Numbered from the stretch's first letter, positions 8,172-18,459 are shown. The stretch: DNA of 40,495 nucleotides from an uncultured Bacillota bacterium (GCA_946629205.1 CAMOXP010000001.1:1-40495); one strand, 5' to 3'. A program made the numbers and translations. The notes: a model not told the origin generated them from the letters alone.

Positions 8172-10799
8172 TTACAGATTTTTCTGCAGGTCTTCCAGAA
8201 TCTGCAGCGCCTGTGAAGGCGTTGTGTTCATTAAATCCAGCGATTTCAGTTTCTCCTTGATCGGATCCGGCATCGTCTCGAAGAACGTAAGCTGCGTTTC
8301 TCCGGTGTTTTCTTCCACGACAGCGGCGTTTTCCGCCATATCGCCGCCAAGGCTGTCCAGGTGCCCGCGGGCGTTCTCCAGAAGTTCCTCCGGGACGCCT
8401 GCCAGCTGTGCGACATGGATGCCGTAACTTCTCGACGCGGAGCCTTCGACGATCTTATGAAGGAACACAATATTCCCGTTATCCTCGAGCACATCCACAT
8501 TCAGGTTGCGGATACCTTCCATGGTGCTCTCCAGCACTGTCATCTCATGATAATGGGTAGCGAACAAAGTCCGTATACGCCGTTTGCTGATGAACTCAGC
8601 GGTAGCCCAGGCGATGGAAAGACCATCGTAGGTACTGGTGCCCCTGCCGATCTCATCGAGAATGATGAGACTTCTGGCGGTCGCTGAGTTCAGGATGTAC
8701 GCCAGTTCGCTCATTTCCACAAAGAACGTGCTCTGTCCCTGGGCCAGATTGTCTGAAGCGCCGATCCTGGTGAATATCCTGTCACAGATGCCGATACGGG
8801 CCCGGCTTGCAGGTACGAAACAGCCGGCCTGCGCCATCAGCACGATCAAGGCAGTCTGCCGCATATAGGTCGACTTACCGGACATGTTCGGCCCGGTAAT
8901 GATCAGAAGGTCTGCGTCTTTTCTGTCAAGGTATGTGTCATTTGAAACAAAAATACCGTCTCTGATGGACTGTTCGATAACAGGATGACGGCCTTGTTCG
9001 ATGGAAATCACATCCCCGTCGTCTATGGCCGGTTTCACATAATCGTTCTTTTCCGCAGTCTGTGCAAAAGCAGTCAGGACATCGAGGGCGGCCACAGCAT
9101 GAGATGTGCTCTGGATCTGACCGATGTATTCCCTGAGCTTGCTGCGCATATCGCAAAACAATTCGTATTCCAATTTGTTGATTTCTGCTTCTGCATTCAG
9201 AACAAGACGTTCTGTTTCTTTGAGCTGCGGCGTGATAAACCGCTCACAGTTGACAAGAGTCTGTTTACGGATATAATCATCGGGAACAAGCTCATAGTTG
9301 GACTTTGTCACTTCGATGTAGTAACCGAAGACTTTGTTGTAGCCGACCTTGAGGTTTTTGATCCCGGTTCGTTCTTTTTCAGTTGTCTCGAGGGACGCGA
9401 TCCATTGCTGCGCGTCAGCGATAGATGCTTTCAGGTCGTCCAGTTCCTGCGAGTATCCGGCTCTGATCAGTCCCCCTTCTTTGATCGTAAAGGGCGGTTC
9501 CTCAACGATCCCCGCATCTATCATGCTGCAGATATCTTCCAGCGGATAGATGCTGTCATGCAGCTGCCTGATCAGTTCTGAATCGAGAGCGGAAAGATCC
9601 ATGCGCAGTTCCGGCAAAACTCTGCAGGAATCTGCCAGCGCAACCAGATCCGGTCCGTTGGCCCTGCCTGTTGCGATCCTGCCGGTCAGGCGTTCGAAGT
9701 CGTAGACTTTCTTTAGATTCTCCTTGATATTGTTCCTTGTAAGAACGTCCTCCAGGAGTACTTCAACAGCATCAAGCCTGCTGTTGATCATGGGAGCATT
9801 GTTCAGCGGCTGCCGGATCCAGTGTTTCATCATCCTGGATCCCATGGCAGTGTGCGTCTTATCAAGCACGCCGAGAAGAGACCCCTGCAGCTTTTTCTCA
9901 AAGAGGGTCTCTGTCAGTTCAAGATTCTTGATCGTGGCCTTGTCAAGGGACATATGATCCCCGACGGAATAGACCGTCAGTGTGTTGATATGGGAAAGAT
10001 CGCTCTTCTGCGTATCATAGAGATAGAGCAGAAGCGCCCCAAGGGCTGTTTCTGCTTCTGTGTCTTCTTCAACGCCGATTCCTCTTGAAGAAGTAACTGA
10101 GAACTGGCGCCGGATGGTGTCGCGAAGCGCGTCCTGCCTATAGAATCTACCATCGATCAGATTGACATAGGAGTCGATCGATGTGCGGAGATCATCAGTG
10201 TCAAGTGTTTCCGATGTGAATTCATCCAGAATCAGCTCACTGGCGCTGATCTTGACCAGTTCATTGATAAGAGTCTGTCTGGCGGAAGGTCCCGAAAAGG
10301 ATGTGAGGCAGATCTCACCGGTCGATACGTCGCAGTATGACAATCCGATGCTCCCGGTCTTCCCTGCGCGCCCGGTTCCTGTCTGACCTGTGTAGACAGA
10401 CGCGATGTAATTATTCTCCTTCTCGTTGAGCATGCTGCCGGTCATGGCAGTGCCCGGAGTTACGATCTGGATCACCTCACGCCGAACGATGCCTTTGGCT
10501 GCCGCAGGATCTTCCACCTGTTCGCAGATCGCGACCTTATAGCCTTTGCCGATCAGGCGGGCGATGTAAGTATCCGCGGCATGGAAAGGGACTCCGCACA
10601 TGGGAGCCCTTTCTTCCAGACCGCATTGTTTGCCGGTCAGCGTTAATTCAAGTTCTCTTGAAGCGGTAATGGCGTCATCAAAGAACATTTCATAGAAATC
10701 GCCAAGCCTGAAGAACAGGATCTCATCCCTGTGTTCCTCCTTGATATCAAGATATTGTCTCATCATTGGCGAAAGCTTTGATTTGTCCACTTCTACCAC
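8172..10799 (-). CDS. mutS: DNA mismatch repair protein MutS
   Basis: GDFYEMF, GPNMSGKSTYMRQ, STFFVEM, DEIGRGT, ATHYHE; C-terminal clamp motif QLTFF; GTG start. Confidence 0.98.
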   Translation of the reverse strand: MVEVDKSKLSPMMRQYLDIKEEHRDEILFFRLGDFYEMFFDDAITASRELELTLTGKQCGLEERAPMCGVPFHAADTYIARLIGKGYKVAICEQVEDPAAAKGIVRREVIQIVTPGTAMTGSMLNEKENNYIASVYTGQTGTGRAGKTGSIGLSYCDVSTGEICLTSFSGPSARQTLINELVKISASELILDEFTSETLDTDDLRTSIDSYVNLIDGRFYRQDALRDTIRRQFSVTSSRGIGVEEDTEAETALGALLLYLYDTQKSDLSHINTLTVYSVGDHMSLDKATIKNLELTETLFEKKLQGSLLGVLDKTHTAMGSRMMKHWIRQPLNNAPMINSRLDAVEVLLEDVLTRNNIKENLKKVYDFERLTGRIATGRANGPDLVALADSCRVLPELRMDLSALDSELIRQLHDSIYPLEDICSMIDAGIVEEPPFTIKEGGLIRAGYSQELDDLKASIADAQQWIASLETTEKERTGIKNLKVGYNKVFGYYIEVTKSNYELVPDDYIRKQTLVNCERFITPQLKETERLVLNAEAEINKLEYELFCDMRSKLREYIGQIQSTSHAVAALDVLTAFAQTAEKNDYVKPAIDDGDVISIEQGRHPVIEQSIRDGIFVSNDTYLDRKDADLLIITGPNMSGKSTYMRQTALIVLMAQAGCFVPASRARIGICDRIFTRIGASDNLAQGQSTFFVEMSELAYILNSATARSLIILDEIGRGTSTYDGLSIAWATAEFISKRRIRTLFATHYHEMTVLESTMEGIRNLNVDVLEDNGNIVFLHKIVEGSASRSYGIHVAQLAGVPEELLENARGHLDSLGGDMAENAAVVEENTGETQLTFFETMPDPIKEKLKSLDLMNTTPSQALQILEDLQKNL

Positions 10800-10833
10800 T
10801 TCATACCACCTTTTAGTTTCTGCCTTTTATTTT

Positions 10834-12033
10834 CTACTTGCCGAGTTTCTTGTTATAAGCTTCGATACCCAGCTTGATCAGTTCTGCACCTCTTCTCATC
10901 TTCGCAGGCTCCAGAACGTACGCGATACGCATTTCATCTTTGCCCAGACCCGGCGTCGCATAGAATCCGCTTGCCGGCGTGAACATGACTGTTTCACCGT
11001 TGTCGTCAAATTCTGTCAGCATGAACATGAGGAAATCTTCTACGTCCTCTACCGGCAGCTTGGCTGTCAGATAGAATGCTCCGCCCGGCTTCTGGCATAC
11101 GACGCCGGGGATCTTTGAGATTTCTTCATACGCCGCGTCTCTTCTGGCGCAGTATTCTTCTCTCGCGGAATCATAATAGGACTTGTCCAGTCTGTACAGT
11201 GCAGCAGCACCGACCTGCTCCAGCGTCGGACAGCAGAGTCTGCCCTGAGCAAGCTTCAGGATACCGCTCATCAGGTCTTTGTTCTTGGAGATGACTGCAC
11301 CGACTCTGGCGCCGCATGCGGAGTATCTCTTGGAAACGGAGTCTACGAGTACGACTCTGTCAGCCAGGTCTTCCAGCATTCCGAATGAAGTGACCTCTCT
11401 GCCGTCATATGCGAATTCTCTGTACACTTCGTCAGAGATGATCCACAAATCGTGCTCCTTGGCAATTTCGCCGACCAGCTTCATCTCATCAAGGGTAAGG
11501 ACTCTTCCTGTCGGGTTGCCCGGGCTGATGCAGCAGATGGCCTTGGTCTGCGGTGTGATCGCCGCTTCGATCAGGTCTTTCTTGGCCCAAGCGTATCCGT
11601 CTTCAGCTTTTGTTGTGAGCGGAACCAGCTTGCCGTTTACCTGGTTGCAGAATGTGTTGTAGTTCGTATAGAAAGGTTCTGCGATGAGCGCTTCCTCACC
11701 CGGGTTGAGCAATGCTGTGAAGATGAGTGTGAGCGCTTCACTGCCGCCGTTTGTGATGAGGATGTCATCCCTTGTATAGTGCATGTCATAAAGTTTCATG
11801 TAGTCGATCATCGCATCGAGCAGTTCCGTCACGCCGCCGGACTCCGCGTAAGCAATGACCTTCTTGTCGAAGTTGTTGATTGCTTCCTTGAAGCACGGAG
11901 GTGTTTCCACATCAGGTTGGCCGATGTTCAGACGATACACCGTCTTGCCGTTGGCTTCCGCCTCAAATCCGTACTTGTTGAATCTTCTGATCGGTGAAAA
12001 CTGCATCGATCCTACTCTGTTAGAAATATCCAT
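10834..12033 (-). CDS. Class I/II PLP-dependent aminotransferase (aspartate aminotransferase-like)
   Basis: LNIGQPD, TNGGSEAL, PGNPTG, DEVY, PLP lysine in DSVSKRYSACGARVG. Confidence 0.9.
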   Translation of the reverse strand: MDISNRVGSMQFSPIRRFNKYGFEAEANGKTVYRLNIGQPDVETPPCFKEAINNFDKKVIAYAESGGVTELLDAMIDYMKLYDMHYTRDDILITNGGSEALTLIFTALLNPGEEALIAEPFYTNYNTFCNQVNGKLVPLTTKAEDGYAWAKKDLIEAAITPQTKAICCISPGNPTGRVLTLDEMKLVGEIAKEHDLWIISDEVYREFAYDGREVTSFGMLEDLADRVVLVDSVSKRYSACGARVGAVISKNKDLMSGILKLAQGRLCCPTLEQVGAAALYRLDKSYYDSAREEYCARRDAAYEEISKIPGVVCQKPGGAFYLTAKLPVEDVEDFLMFMLTEFDDNGETVMFTPASGFYATPGLGKDEMRIAYVLEPAKMRRGAELIKLGIEAYNKKLGK

Positions 12034-12089
12034 CGCATCTGTCTCCTTTGATTAATAAAATAATGTTTCTATATAAAGGCCGTACGCCT

Positions 12090-12893
12090 CTATTTCAGTT
12101 CTTCATGTGAATCCGAAACGACACAGTCGATGAGCGGATCCGTATCTATATTATTATCGCATTTTTGCTTCTTCATGAAAAGAAGATATTCAATATTTCC
12201 TTTTGTTCCTGTCACAGGTGAATAAGTGAGCCCCCATGTATAAAGGCCGTTGTCTTCTCCGTATCCGATGACCTGACGGATGACCTGACGGTGGACCTGC
12301 GGGTCCCGGACAATGCCCTTCTTGCCGACCTGCTCTCTGCCGGCTTCAAACTGAGGCTTTACAAGGCATACCAGACATCCGGATGCATCCAGAAGCTCCG
12401 CGGCAACAGGGAATACCAGTTTCAGAGAAATGAACGACACATCGATGCTGATGAAATCCACATCCCGTCCGATCTCATCCACATCCAGGTACCTGACATT
12501 GCACTTCTCCATGTTCACGACCCGAGGATCGTTACGCAGTTTCCAGTCAAGCTGACCGTAGCCCACATCGATGCAGTAGACCTTCGCCGCACCGTTCATC
12601 AGCATGCAGTCCGTAAAGCCTCCTGTGGAAGCGCCGATATCGACGGCCTTCGCTCCGTCAAGGGCGAAATCCCACGTTTTCAGGGCCTTTTCCAGTTTCA
12701 GCCCTCCACGGCTCACATATGGGCACAAATCCTCTTTCACGGCGATTTCAGCCGTTTCAGGTACAGGTGTGCCTGGTTTGTCACATCTCTGGCCGTCCAC
12801 ATAGACCAGTCCTGCCATGATCGATGCCTTTGCTTTCTCTCTGGACGGGAAAATGCCTAGTTCAGTTGTCAGTATATCAAGTCGTTTCTTCAT
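12090..12893 (-). CDS. tlyA: TlyA-family rRNA 2'-O-methyltransferase
   Basis: S4 domain (KKRLD...SREKA), YVSRGGLKL, DIGASTGGFTD, DVSFISL, LVKPQFE, GNIEY. Confidence 0.95.
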   Translation of the reverse strand: MKKRLDILTTELGIFPSREKAKASIMAGLVYVDGQRCDKPGTPVPETAEIAVKEDLCPYVSRGGLKLEKALKTWDFALDGAKAVDIGASTGGFTDCMLMNGAAKVYCIDVGYGQLDWKLRNDPRVVNMEKCNVRYLDVDEIGRDVDFISIDVSFISLKLVFPVAAELLDASGCLVCLVKPQFEAGREQVGKKGIVRDPQVHRQVIRQVIGYGEDNGLYTWGLTYSPVTGTKGNIEYLLFMKKQKCDNNIDTDPLIDCVVSDSHEELK

Positions 12894-14743
12894 CTGATGT
12901 TCTGTCTTACCACATCTTCTATGGAACCTGCATCCAGCCCGTATTTCTGATACAGCTGCTCCTGGGTCCCGTGTTCTATGAACTGATCCGGCCAGCCGAG
13001 ATTGATGACTTTCGTATCTTTATCTGCTGTCAGGGCTTTGACAGCTTCCCCGACGCCTCCTGTCACGATACCGTCTTCTAAGGTCACAAGCAATGCAAAA
13101 TCATCCGCTGCTTCCATCAAAAGCTTTTCGTCAAGAGGACTGACGCTGGCGATATTCACGACTCCTGCACTGATTCCGTCTGCTGCGAGGCGTTCCGCCG
13201 CCTCGAGGGCCGGCTTGACCATGGTCCCTACTGCCCATATGTCGGCATCTGTGCCGTCCCTGAGCCGAATCGCTCTGCCGGCGGAGTCTGCACACTCCAT
13301 ATCCAGATCGACCGCGGTTCCTCTCGGATACCGGATCGCACACGGACCTCCTGATTCCAGGGAAAGCTCGAGCATGGCTTTGAGTTCCGGCCCGTCCTTC
13401 GGCGCGAGCACCGTCATGTTCGGCATGGAACGAAGGTATGTGAGATCGAACAGTCCGTGATGAGTCTCGCCGTCGGCGCCCACCACGCCGGCCCTGTCGA
13501 TACAGAAGGTGACCGGCAGATTCTGCAGGCACACATCCTCCAGGATCTGATCGTAGGCTCTCTGCAGGAAGGAGGAATATACCGCCACGTAAGGCCGCAT
13601 TCCTGCCTTTGCGAGACCTGCTGCGAACGTTACGCTGTGGCCTTCGGCGATTCCTACATCAAAGAACCGCTTCGGGAACTTTTTGCAAAAGCCTTCCAGC
13701 CCGACGCCGTCCGTCATGGCGGCGCTGATAGCGATGACTCTGTCATCTCTGTCCGCCATTTGAATAAGCTTACTTCCGAAAACTGAAGAATACGACTCTC
13801 CTGATGATTTTTTGACTGGCTTCCCGGAATCTACGTCAAAGGCTCCGATGCCGTGATAGACATTAGGTTGCTGCTCTGCTTTCGAATAGCCTTTGCCCTT
13901 CTGGGTAACGGCATGGATCAGGACGGGGCCTTTGAGTTTGCCAGCGCGTTCCAGAGTCTGACAAAGCTCCTTAACATTGTGACCGTCTACAGGTCCGATG
14001 TATTTAAAGCCTAATTCTTCAAAGAATATCCCGTCGATGACAGTATACTTGATGTCTTCTTTGACGTTGTGCAGCCCGGAAATGACACTCTCGCCCACAA
14101 CGGGGACCTTGGAGAGCCCTTTCTTGACTTTGGTCTTCAAATGCACATACTTGTCCGTACTTGTGATTCGTCCGAGGGAACCGGAAAGACCGCCGATATT
14201 CCTGGATATAGACATCCCGTTGTCATTGAGTACAACGATAAGATCTGTGTTCATGCTCCCGGCGTTGTTCAGCGCCTCATAGGCAAGTCCGCCGGTCATT
14301 GCTCCGTCCCCAATGACAGAGATCACCTTATAGTCTTCACCTTTCATATCCCTTGCTGTCGCAAGACCCAGACCAAGAGAAATGGAAGTACTGCTGTGCC
14401 CGGTATCGAACACGTCATATTCGCTCTCGCAGGATTTGGGAAAACCGCTGATTCCTCCGTATTTACGGAGAGTTCCGAAGTCCTGCATGCGTCCCGTCAG
14501 GATCTTGTGGACATAAGACTGGTGTCCCACATCCCAGATGATTTTGTCACGCGGCGTATCAAAGCATCTGTGGAGCGCGATCGTAAGCTCCACGATGCCC
14601 AGATTTGACGCCAGATGTCCGCCTGTCCTTGAAACAGATTCCACTAGAAAATCCCTGAGTTCGTAGGAAAGCAGTTCCAGTTGATCAAAATCCATCGTTT
14701 TCAGATCTTCAGGAAATTTATGTTCTGATAAATAATTGCTCAT
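12890..14743 (-). CDS. dxs: 1-deoxy-D-xylulose-5-phosphate synthase
   Basis: GGHLASNLG, WDVGHQSYVHK, GDGA...NDN TPP motif, DVGIAE, DRAG...DGETHHG. Confidence 0.97.
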   Translation of the reverse strand: MSNYLSEHKFPEDLKTMDFDQLELLSYELRDFLVESVSRTGGHLASNLGIVELTIALHRCFDTPRDKIIWDVGHQSYVHKILTGRMQDFGTLRKYGGISGFPKSCESEYDVFDTGHSSTSISLGLGLATARDMKGEDYKVISVIGDGAMTGGLAYEALNNAGSMNTDLIVVLNDNGMSISRNIGGLSGSLGRITSTDKYVHLKTKVKKGLSKVPVVGESVISGLHNVKEDIKYTVIDGIFFEELGFKYIGPVDGHNVKELCQTLERAGKLKGPVLIHAVTQKGKGYSKAEQQPNVYHGIGAFDVDSGKPVKKSSGESYSSVFGSKLIQMADRDDRVIAISAAMTDGVGLEGFCKKFPKRFFDVGIAEGHSVTFAAGLAKAGMRPYVAVYSSFLQRAYDQILEDVCLQNLPVTFCIDRAGVVGADGETHHGLFDLTYLRSMPNMTVLAPKDGPELKAMLELSLESGGPCAIRYPRGTAVDLDMECADSAGRAIRLRDGTDADIWAVGTMVKPALEAAERLAADGISAGVVNIASVSPLDEKLLMEAADDFALLVTLEDGIVTGGVGEAVKALTADKDTKVINLGWPDQFIEHGTQEQLYQKYGLDAGSIEDVVRQNIR

Positions 14744-14770
14744 TTTGATTGTCCTATACCCGTCAATACC

Positions 14771-15667
14771 TTAGTATGCCCTCGACGCAAGCATCTCCGC
14801 CAAATCATTGAAAAGTTCAGCATTATCGTAGTACTCTGCCAGTGCTTCCTTCGCTGCGTCAGTCAGTTCCCTGAGTTTCTTCTTTGATTCATCCATCCCG
14901 TAGAGAGCCGGATAAGTTGCCTTGCTGTTGGCCTCATCGTGTCCGGTCTCCTTACCAAGCAGTTCCTGATCGCCCTCGACATCCAGGATGTCATCGCAGA
15001 CTTGAAATGCCAGCCCGAGGTTTTCTGCGTATACTGTGAGGTTCTCCAGTTCCTCTTCGCTGCATGAGCCCAGTCTGGCACCGGCTCTCACCGCGCCTAT
15101 GATCATATCAGCGGTCTTGGTGATGTGTATGTAGTCCAGAAGTTCTTTTGAACACCGTTTGTTCTCAGCTTCGACATCGGCGATCTGTCCTGCAACCATG
15201 CCTGTGACCCCGGCGCCCTTGACGATTTCGTAAGCTGCCCTGATTCTGCTTTTAAGAGCGTCGAAGTTGTCGAAATACAGCAGCATATCACGCTGCATAG
15301 CCTCATAGGCCGCCGATTGCAGTCCGTCGCCTGCCAGCGTTGCAACGGCATCTCCATAAACCATGTGGTTGGTAGGAAGCCCTCTTCTAAGCTCGTCATC
15401 GTCCATGCAGGGCATGTCGTCGTGAATAAGGGAATATGTATGGATGTATTCGATGGCACATGCGTAAGGAAGCGCCTCATCTGCCTTGCCGCCGCAGAAC
15501 TCGCAGGCAGCCATAAGCAGAACCGGTCTGATCCGTTTACCGCCGGCTGTCAGGCTGTATCGCATCGAGTCATATAAGGTAATGCTCTTCTGGTCAATAT
15601 CAGGAATGAAGTCCATAATATGATCTTCAAATAACTTTCTGTATTCTTCAAATGTTTTCTCAATCAT
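14771..15667 (-). CDS. ispA: Polyprenyl (farnesyl/geranylgeranyl) diphosphate synthase
   Basis: GGKRIRP, first Asp-rich motif SLIHDDMPCMDDDELRRG, second motif FQVCDDILD. Confidence 0.93.
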   Translation of the reverse strand: MIEKTFEEYRKLFEDHIMDFIPDIDQKSITLYDSMRYSLTAGGKRIRPVLLMAACEFCGGKADEALPYACAIEYIHTYSLIHDDMPCMDDDELRRGLPTNHMVYGDAVATLAGDGLQSAAYEAMQRDMLLYFDNFDALKSRIRAAYEIVKGAGVTGMVAGQIADVEAENKRCSKELLDYIHITKTADMIIGAVRAGARLGSCSEEELENLTVYAENLGLAFQVCDDILDVEGDQELLGKETGHDEANSKATYPALYGMDESKKKLRELTDAAKEALAEYYDNAELFNDLAEMLASRAY

Positions 15668-15851
15668 TTGTCAGCACCTCGACTTTCTGCTGGGCCTCTT
15701 CCAGAATTTTCGAGCATTCTTTATATGCCTGCAGGCCTTCTTCGTAATTCTTGATAGCGTCTTCCAGGGATGTCTCCTGCGATTTGAGTTTCTCCGATGC
15801 CGCCTCAAGACGCTTGAGGGATTCCTCAAAGGAAGGTTTCTTTTCAGTCAT
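15660..15851 (-). CDS. xseB: Exodeoxyribonuclease VII small subunit
   Basis: SFEESLKRLE...LEDAIKNYEEG; follows xseA. Confidence 0.93.
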   Translation of the reverse strand: MTEKKPSFEESLKRLEAASEKLKSQETSLEDAIKNYEEGLQAYKECSKILEEAQQKVEVLTND

Positions 15852-17067
15852 GTGTACATCCTCCTTGCTCTACTTGGGTGATCCGGGCGTCTGCGCTTCC
15901 CCGGCCTGTTTCAATCATTACATTCTGCCCGACGCTGAGATCGTCCGCGCTGCTGATGATATTACCGTTTTCATCTGTGACAACACTGTATCCCCTTGCC
16001 AGGATCGACTTCGGATCGGCCGTGCTGATCAGCGTCCCGAGGTGTTCTACACGTTCCTTCAGAGACGCGATCCTGTGCCGCAGACTCTCCTCCATGCCTT
16101 CTATGATCCGGTCGGCGTTCAACTGTTCATAGGCAATTTTTTCTGCAATTCCTCTCGCAAAAGCATTCGGGTCCAGAGCGTTCAGCCTGTTCTTCTTCAT
16201 TTCGATATTCCTGATCAGGTTGTCCGCAAGAGCGGTCCGCATCTCATTCAGCGCCAGTCTGATCTCGTTCGTATCAGGAACTGCCATCTCCGCAGCTGCC
16301 GTGGGTGTGGCGGCTCTGAAATCTGCAGTAAAATCCGAAATAGTAAAATCCGTTTCATGACCGACTGCAGAAATGACCGGAATCTTCGAAGCGAAAATGC
16401 TGCGGGCTACGATTTCCTCGTTGAAAGCCCACAATTCTTCCATGGAACCTCCCCCGCGGCCGGTAATAATAATGTCAATATCACTGTATTCCGCATTGAT
16501 CCGATCGATGGCCCCGGCAATTTCCCGGGCAGCCGCCGGTCCCTGTACAAGCACCGGGAAAACCAATATGTTTACATAATCATTCTTATTTTTGATTGTT
16601 TTGATGATATCCCTGACCGCCGCACCCGTCTCAGATGTAACGACTGCGATGTTCGAAGGAAACGAAGGCAGCGGTTTCTTGTTCTCCTGCGCGAACAGGC
16701 CTTCCTTTTCGAGTTTTGCCTTGAGTTTTTCAAAGGCAACAGCAAGCTGTCCGATCCCGTTAGTCTCGATGTCACGGACGTTCAGGTTGTAGACTCCGTC
16801 GCGCTCAAATACGGAAATATAGCCGCTGGCGATGATTTCCATACCCTCTTCCAAAGGACAAGTGATTTTTTCCACATTCCAAGGAGAAATGATGCATTTG
16901 AGTCTGCTTTTGTCCTCCTTCAGCGAGAAAAACACATAACCGGATTTGTGAAAGGTCAGGTTGCTGATCTCGCCGATCACCGAAATGTTCCCCAGAATCG
17001 GATCCGTTTTCAGAATTCTTCCGATGTAGTTGTTCACTTGTCCGACACTGAACGGTTTCAGCCCCAT
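15844..17067 (-). CDS. xseA: Exodeoxyribonuclease VII large subunit
   Basis: GEISN, YFSLK-like OB fold, RGGGSMEELWAFNEE, SAVGHETD, TPTAAAE, LARGYS. Confidence 0.96.
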   Translation of the reverse strand: MGLKPFSVGQVNNYIGRILKTDPILGNISVIGEISNLTFHKSGYVFFSLKEDKSRLKCIISPWNVEKITCPLEEGMEIIASGYISVFERDGVYNLNVRDIETNGIGQLAVAFEKLKAKLEKEGLFAQENKKPLPSFPSNIAVVTSETGAAVRDIIKTIKNKNDYVNILVFPVLVQGPAAAREIAGAIDRINAEYSDIDIIITGRGGGSMEELWAFNEEIVARSIFASKIPVISAVGHETDFTISDFTADFRAATPTAAAEMAVPDTNEIRLALNEMRTALADNLIRNIEMKKNRLNALDPNAFARGIAEKIAYEQLNADRIIEGMEESLRHRIASLKERVEHLGTLISTADPKSILARGYSVVTDENGNIISSADDLSVGQNVMIETGRGSADARITQVEQGGCTHD

Positions 17068-18062
17068 AGATATCTCCTGCCTAGAAGCGCCGTCCCGACG
17101 GCATTGTCCGAAGACAGTTCCGGAGACGTGAAAAACACATCGATTCCATCTTTCTGCAGCTGCTTCGTAATGTATTTTCTCAGGAAGCGGCTGGATGAAA
17201 CGCCCCCTGACATATATATATTTGTATTACCGGTCTGTTCCGCACTCTGACGGAGCATCTTCAAGATCGAATCAGAGATCCGGACAAAGGCCTCTCTGAC
17301 CAGTTGTTCTGTTTCCGGTTTTCCTGCTTTTGCATCAGAAATCCTGTTTCTGAACTGCGTATCAAAGCCCGATAGGTGCACAAACCCTTCTTTTGCTTTG
17401 ATCCCGGTCAGCACATTTGTCTGTTCCTCTGCAGACAACGCCATTTCGTCCAGTAACTGACCGCAGGGAAACGGCATTCCCAGCATAACACCTGCCCGGT
17501 CCAGGACCTGCCCGTAGGAGATGTCTCTGGTCCCTCCGATGATCTCGATATCATAGAACGCCTGCTCGCCGTCGCACTTGCAGAACGCGTCTGCGAGGTA
17601 AGGCTGACGATCCTTCTGCCGGACTTTCAGGACTTCACATGTCCCGCCGGAAAAATGGCACGCCAGGAATTCCCCGTCCGGATGCGCTCCACATGAAGCG
17701 ACTGACGCTTCGAGATGACCCTCCTGATGGGAAAAACCCACAACAGGAACATCCAGCGCCGAAGCGATGGCGACAGCCTGGGACGCGCCTGCTGTAAAGC
17801 ATGGCATATATGACCCACTGACTGCCCTCGGTCTGGTCGAATAAGCAACACCGTCTATCGAGCCCTCATAATCATTCCGCAGCTGTATAAACAGCTCCGG
17901 CAGATTCTGCACATGCTGAAAAAGGGCTTCGGACTGCCTGAGTCCGCGCTCCCCTTCCCGCACCTTCAGAAACGATCTTAGATCAACGACTGTTTCATCT
18001 CCGCGGATCAATGCGAGCGACGTCTTGTAGTTGCTTGTGTCCAATCCGAGAATGCATCTCAT
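17058..18062 (-). CDS. TsaD/Kae1 (peptidase M22/ASKHA) paralogue, 334 aa, function unknown
   Basis: Start moved to ATG 18062, 1 nt after the nusB stop. LGLDTSNY, HQEGH, HFSGGT, GQVLDRAG...PFPCG, SGGVSSS, SSDNAVG follow the TsaD fold but differ from canonical TsaD (ETSCDE, GEAFDK). Confidence 0.8.
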   Translation of the reverse strand: MRCILGLDTSNYKTSLALIRGDETVVDLRSFLKVREGERGLRQSEALFQHVQNLPELFIQLRNDYEGSIDGVAYSTRPRAVSGSYMPCFTAGASQAVAIASALDVPVVGFSHQEGHLEASVASCGAHPDGEFLACHFSGGTCEVLKVRQKDRQPYLADAFCKCDGEQAFYDIEIIGGTRDISYGQVLDRAGVMLGMPFPCGQLLDEMALSAEEQTNVLTGIKAKEGFVHLSGFDTQFRNRISDAKAGKPETEQLVREAFVRISDSILKMLRQSAEQTGNTNIYMSGGVSSSRFLRKYITKQLQKDGIDVFFTSPELSSDNAVGTALLGRRYLWG

Positions 18063-18063
18063 C

Positions 18064-18459
18064 TTATTTGCCCTTCGTAATCGCCCCAAGCACGCCGTGT
18101 ATGAATCGGGCAGAGTTCTCAGTACTGTATTTCTTCGCCATATTGATGGCCTCATTGACAGTAACTGCTTCAGGGATATCATCGCAGAATCTCAGTTCTC
18201 CGCATGCAAGGCGCATGATTGCCAGATCGACCTTAGGCATCCGGCTTGTTTTCCATTTGGATGCGCACCTGTTGATATCCGCGTCTATAGCGTCGATGCT
18301 GCCGGCAATATCAGACAACAGTTTTCCCCCGCGAACCGCATGATCTCCCGGAAGCCTTTCTTCTGCCAGACTGACAGCCCGTTCTGCTTCCAGTGCCTTC
18401 GTCGCATCCAGTTCATAGAGAATCTGCATCATAATCTCACGGGCCTCATTCCTGGTCAT
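18064..18459 (-). CDS. nusB: Transcription antitermination factor NusB
   Basis: RNEAREIMMQILYE, W...RMPKVDLAIMRLA, VTVNEAINMAKKYS, FIHGVLG. Confidence 0.95.
   Translation of the reverse strand: MTRNEAREIMMQILYELDATKALEAERAVSLAEERLPGDHAVRGGKLLSDIAGSIDAIDADINRCASKWKTSRMPKVDLAIMRLACGELRFCDDIPEAVTVNEAINMAKKYSTENSARFIHGVLGAITKGK

Noticed and set aside
12267-12290. 12-bp tandem repeat GATGACCTGACG x2 inside tlyA
   Set aside because: In frame within an amphipathic helix (RQVI x2) with no apparent length change; not a phase-variable tract.
15751-17250. 499-aa plus-strand ORF, and other long plus-strand ORFs (33308-34516, 36453-37568, 31847-32704, 29425-30189, 25139-25888, 4806-5504)
   Set aside because: They lie antisense to well-identified genes, show no recognisable motifs, and are the usual shadow of codon bias.
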